Below, in pieces: positions 37,381 through 40,102 of a stretch of DNA of 40,102 nucleotides. Where the stretch lies: positions 1-40,102 of the forward strand of contig JAOZPT010000004.1 in the NCBI GenBank assembly GCA_029932605.1, in the 5' to 3' direction. Below the pieces are notes generated by a model, which did no database searches, had not been told where the DNA came from, and saw nothing but the letters and a program-made list of their open reading frames with translations. Each line of letters opens with the position of its first letter. Position 1 is the stretch's first letter. Position numbers and translations under genes: made by a program. This stretch comes from Candidatus Zixiibacteriota bacterium. GTDB taxonomy: Bacteria > Zixibacteria > MSB-5A5 > UBA10806 > 4484-95.

Positions 37381-38364
37381 ATGGCGGGTAGTATTCTGAC
37401 GTTTGCCGAATTGAAGGGTAATGAGATTGCGCCTGTGACCAAACAAATTATCGGTGTGGCCAAACAGATGGCCGATAAGAAAGGATTAACCGTAGAAACA
37501 GTCGCCATAGGTAAAGATATCGTTAGTATTGCTGATACGCTCATCAAGCTTGGAGCTGATACAGTTTACATATGTGATTCTCCTGAGGTTGAAAATTTTA
37601 TAGATGAAAGTTACGCTAAGATAATTGCTGATATTGTCGAAACAGAAGCACCCAAGGCCATCATAGGTGGGGCAAGTTTTGTTGGTAAAGAGCTTTTTGC
37701 TCGGCTGGCAGCAATGCTTAATTCCGGTTTGGTTCCCGATGTGACCCAAATTGAATGGGATGGCGATAATATATTAGCCACAAGGCCCGCATATGGGGGT
37801 AGGGCAATCCTCAGGGTAATGCCTGCTGGTACGGGTCCGCAGATTGTAACCATACGGCCTAAGGCATTTAGCGATGCTGTTCCCGATGAGAGTCGCTCTG
37901 GCGATATCAAACAATTCACTTTTGCTGCATCAAAACATGGTGCCAGGGCAAAAATCCAAGAGAAAGTTTCTGAAAGTGGTCAATCCATAGGCCTGGCTGA
38001 TGCTGATATCATCGTTTCTGGCGGTAGAGGCCTTCGAGCTCCGGAAAATTTCAAGCTGATACGCGAGTTGGCGGAGGTTCTTGGTGCAGCGGTTGGCGCC
38101 TCACGTGCCACTGTTGACGCTGGATGGATACCCTATGCCTACCAGGTTGGACAAACCGGTAAGACCGTTAACCCAAAACTATACGTTGCCTGTGGTATCT
38201 CAGGCGCCATCCAGCACTTGGTTGGGATGCAATCATCCAAGACGATCGTTGCTATAAATCGTGACCCCGAAGCTCCCATATTCAAAGTTGCCACATACGG
38301 AATAGTAGGAGACCTGTTCGAATTCGTACCGGCGCTTACCGAAAAACTTAAGGCGACCAATTAA
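37381..38364 (+). CDS. etfA: Electron transfer flavoprotein alpha subunit
   Basis: RPAYGG, IVSGGRGL, GASRATVDAGW, QVGQTGKTV.P.LY.ACGISGAIQHLVGM. Confidence 0.95.
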   Translation: MAGSILTFAELKGNEIAPVTKQIIGVAKQMADKKGLTVETVAIGKDIVSIADTLIKLGADTVYICDSPEVENFIDESYAKIIADIVETEAPKAIIGGASFVGKELFARLAAMLNSGLVPDVTQIEWDGDNILATRPAYGGRAILRVMPAGTGPQIVTIRPKAFSDAVPDESRSGDIKQFTFAASKHGARAKIQEKVSESGQSIGLADADIIVSGGRGLRAPENFKLIRELAEVLGAAVGASRATVDAGWIPYAYQVGQTGKTVNPKLYVACGISGAIQHLVGMQSSKTIVAINRDPEAPIFKVATYGIVGDLFEFVPALTEKLKATN

Positions 38365-38477
38365 AACTGTGAAACCGAGTAATGTTATTTTTATAACAAC
38401 CTATGACATACTAAAATGTTTCAGCTGTTTTTTAGTAAATTAAATCGAACCTTGCAATAACCTCAAATCTTGCTAAA

Positions 38478-39941
38478 TTGAGGAAAACAACGAAAACAAC
38501 TCTAATAATCTGGACTATTGTATTATCAATATCACTCATCGCCATCGCCGATTCATCATCAGACCGTTTCGATAGATTCTTGGGCACACGATGGTATGGA
38601 ATCTATATGGAAAATAACAAGATTGGTTATATGTCGATCACGCTCGAAAAAGAGAAAGAAACTCGCTGGGGAATGGCTATGGATATGGTTATCACATTCA
38701 CAATGCATAATACCGCAATAACCATGAAGACTTCAGAAACAAGAACATATGAGGGCGAAAATGCTCAACTGGTATCGAGCAGGTTTTTAGTAACTAACCC
38801 TGCAGGAGATATAGTAGTTGAGGGTAAAGCTGGAGATATCGAATATGATATCACAATTGACATCGCTGGCCATAAAACATCAAAAAGCTTTGCCCTGCCT
38901 CTTGAAACTCTTGATGAAATTGTAAAAGTGGAAATGCTGGCAGTAGCTGGTTCTATGAAACCGGGGGACAAGTTTGAGTTTGATACATTCGAGGTTGAAC
39001 CACCGCTGATAGATAAAATACAACATATATGCACTGTAAAACAACATGATCGGTTTATTCTCGATGGAGTGCCTACTTATGTTTACACAGTTCGCGACAG
39101 TATACCTTCATTAGGCATCGCTGGCGATATCACAATTGACCGTAATGGTCATATTATCAAAGAAGAGCTCGCCTCTGCGGGTCTGGTGATGAAAGCTGAA
39201 CCTGAAATGCTGGCTAAAAAGATAAAATCAAGCTATGACATATTAACAGATAATCTGATACCGGCTGAAAATGGTCCCGAAAATCCAACAGTTATTAAAC
39301 AAGCCAGCTACATAATTACAAATTATGACGTCTCTTCAATACCCGAATCAGAATGGCAAAAATTTAAAATCTTTAAGGCCGACAGCGCTGAAATCACGGT
39401 TTCAAGGAGCATATCAGATATACATATACAAAATATTCCATTTGCCGATGACAACTTTGCTGAATTTTTAAAGCCTGAGATGCTTATTCAATCAGACAAC
39501 CCCGAAATAATCCAGCTTGCCAGAGAGATCATCAAAGATGAGACAAACTCCTTCAAGGCCGCTCAGCTGATAAACAACTGGGTTTACAATAACATAAAAA
39601 AAGAGTTTTCTCCCGATATCTCAAATGCGCTTTTAACCCTTCATTCCCAAAAGGGTGATTGCGGCGAACACTCAGCCCTGGCAGTAGCCCTCCTTCGCGC
39701 CGCAGGTATCCCCTCACAAACCGTAGGTGGAATCGCTTACTGGCCTGATGGTGGCGGTTTCGTTTTCCACGCCTGGACCGAGGTATACATCGGCAGGTGG
39801 ATCTTTATGGATCCAACCTGGGGCGAGACCTACGCCGACGCCACACACATAATGCTTGGCCGGGGAAGTTTTGATAAGCAGGTCGGTTCTATTTTAAATG
39901 CGCTAAAAAGACTTAAGATAAGATTTGTAGAATATCGTTGA
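38478..39941 (+). CDS. Secreted transglutaminase-like (Cys-His-Asp) domain protein
   Basis: Signal peptide, KGDCGEHS, RAAGIPS, FHAWTEVY, WIFMDPTW; TTG start uncertain. Confidence 0.85.
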   Translation: MRKTTKTTLIIWTIVLSISLIAIADSSSDRFDRFLGTRWYGIYMENNKIGYMSITLEKEKETRWGMAMDMVITFTMHNTAITMKTSETRTYEGENAQLVSSRFLVTNPAGDIVVEGKAGDIEYDITIDIAGHKTSKSFALPLETLDEIVKVEMLAVAGSMKPGDKFEFDTFEVEPPLIDKIQHICTVKQHDRFILDGVPTYVYTVRDSIPSLGIAGDITIDRNGHIIKEELASAGLVMKAEPEMLAKKIKSSYDILTDNLIPAENGPENPTVIKQASYIITNYDVSSIPESEWQKFKIFKADSAEITVSRSISDIHIQNIPFADDNFAEFLKPEMLIQSDNPEIIQLAREIIKDETNSFKAAQLINNWVYNNIKKEFSPDISNALLTLHSQKGDCGEHSALAVALLRAAGIPSQTVGGIAYWPDGGGFVFHAWTEVYIGRWIFMDPTWGETYADATHIMLGRGSFDKQVGSILNALKRLKIRFVEYR

Positions 39942-40052
39942 CCTGTTAATATTATAAATTATGCATAAAATAAATAGTCACGATTTTAAAGAACAAAAGT
40001 TGGTAATATTTCAATAAACATCCAACCCGAATAATTCATAAGCAAATTTTCA

Positions 40053-40102
40053 GTGCTGTCAGGTCGCCTGACCTGACAGATTACAGTCGGGTGAGGTCAT
40101 AT
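40053..40102. repeat. Second copy of REP/REPIN-like doublet (right unit degenerate or truncated at window end)
   Basis: GTG + perfect hairpin CTGTCAGGTC-GCCT-GACCTGACAG (40056-40079), then GTCGGGTG as in the copy at 80-103. Confidence 0.7.

Noticed and set aside
1..40102. Whole window as a mobile element or circular replicon bounded by terminal repeats
   Set aside because: End repeats are short and imperfect, content is core housekeeping, and no integrase or transposase is present
1..40102. CRISPR array, rRNA, or recoding (selenocysteine, frameshift)
   Set aside because: No regularly spaced repeats or rRNA motifs seen; identified genes appear full-length without in-frame stops

Overview
Bacterial chromosomal window (moderately low GC), mostly core and housekeeping genes. 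It is probably from an anaerobic, diderm, flagellated member of the FCB-associated or candidate phyla. This placement is an inference from a PorV-like barrel, the yggS-divIVA-PNP-ileS2-dksA-lspA-rluA block and NfnAB; Zixibacteria-like is only a guess. Contents in order: gyrA, Na/Pi cotransporter, small multidrug export protein, stand-alone motAB, tRNA-Gln-prs-(oxidoreductase)-rplY, a CarA homologue, an M16 peptidase pair, a repeat lipoprotein, nfnAB, a PorV-like gene, a long coiled-coil protein, the yggS..rluA operon, adenosine-specific kinase family gene, beta-CASP nuclease, an FHA / metallophosphatase / CHASE2-kinase trio, dus, larB, larC, etfA and a secreted transglutaminase. I found no CRISPR array, prophage, integrase or transposase. 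The most notable observations are: (1) a nested, G-U-rich ~127-nt RNA-like structure in the motA leader that I cannot match to a known riboswitch; (2) a full-length CarA that has lost its whole Cys-His-Glu triad; (3) sigma-28-like promoters in front of two non-flagellar genes (the CHASE2 kinase and an orphan coiled-coil protein); (4) a compact phospho-threonine signalling module; (5) a covarying REP/REPIN-like doublet at both ends of the window. All calls come from reading motifs by eye; no searches were run.
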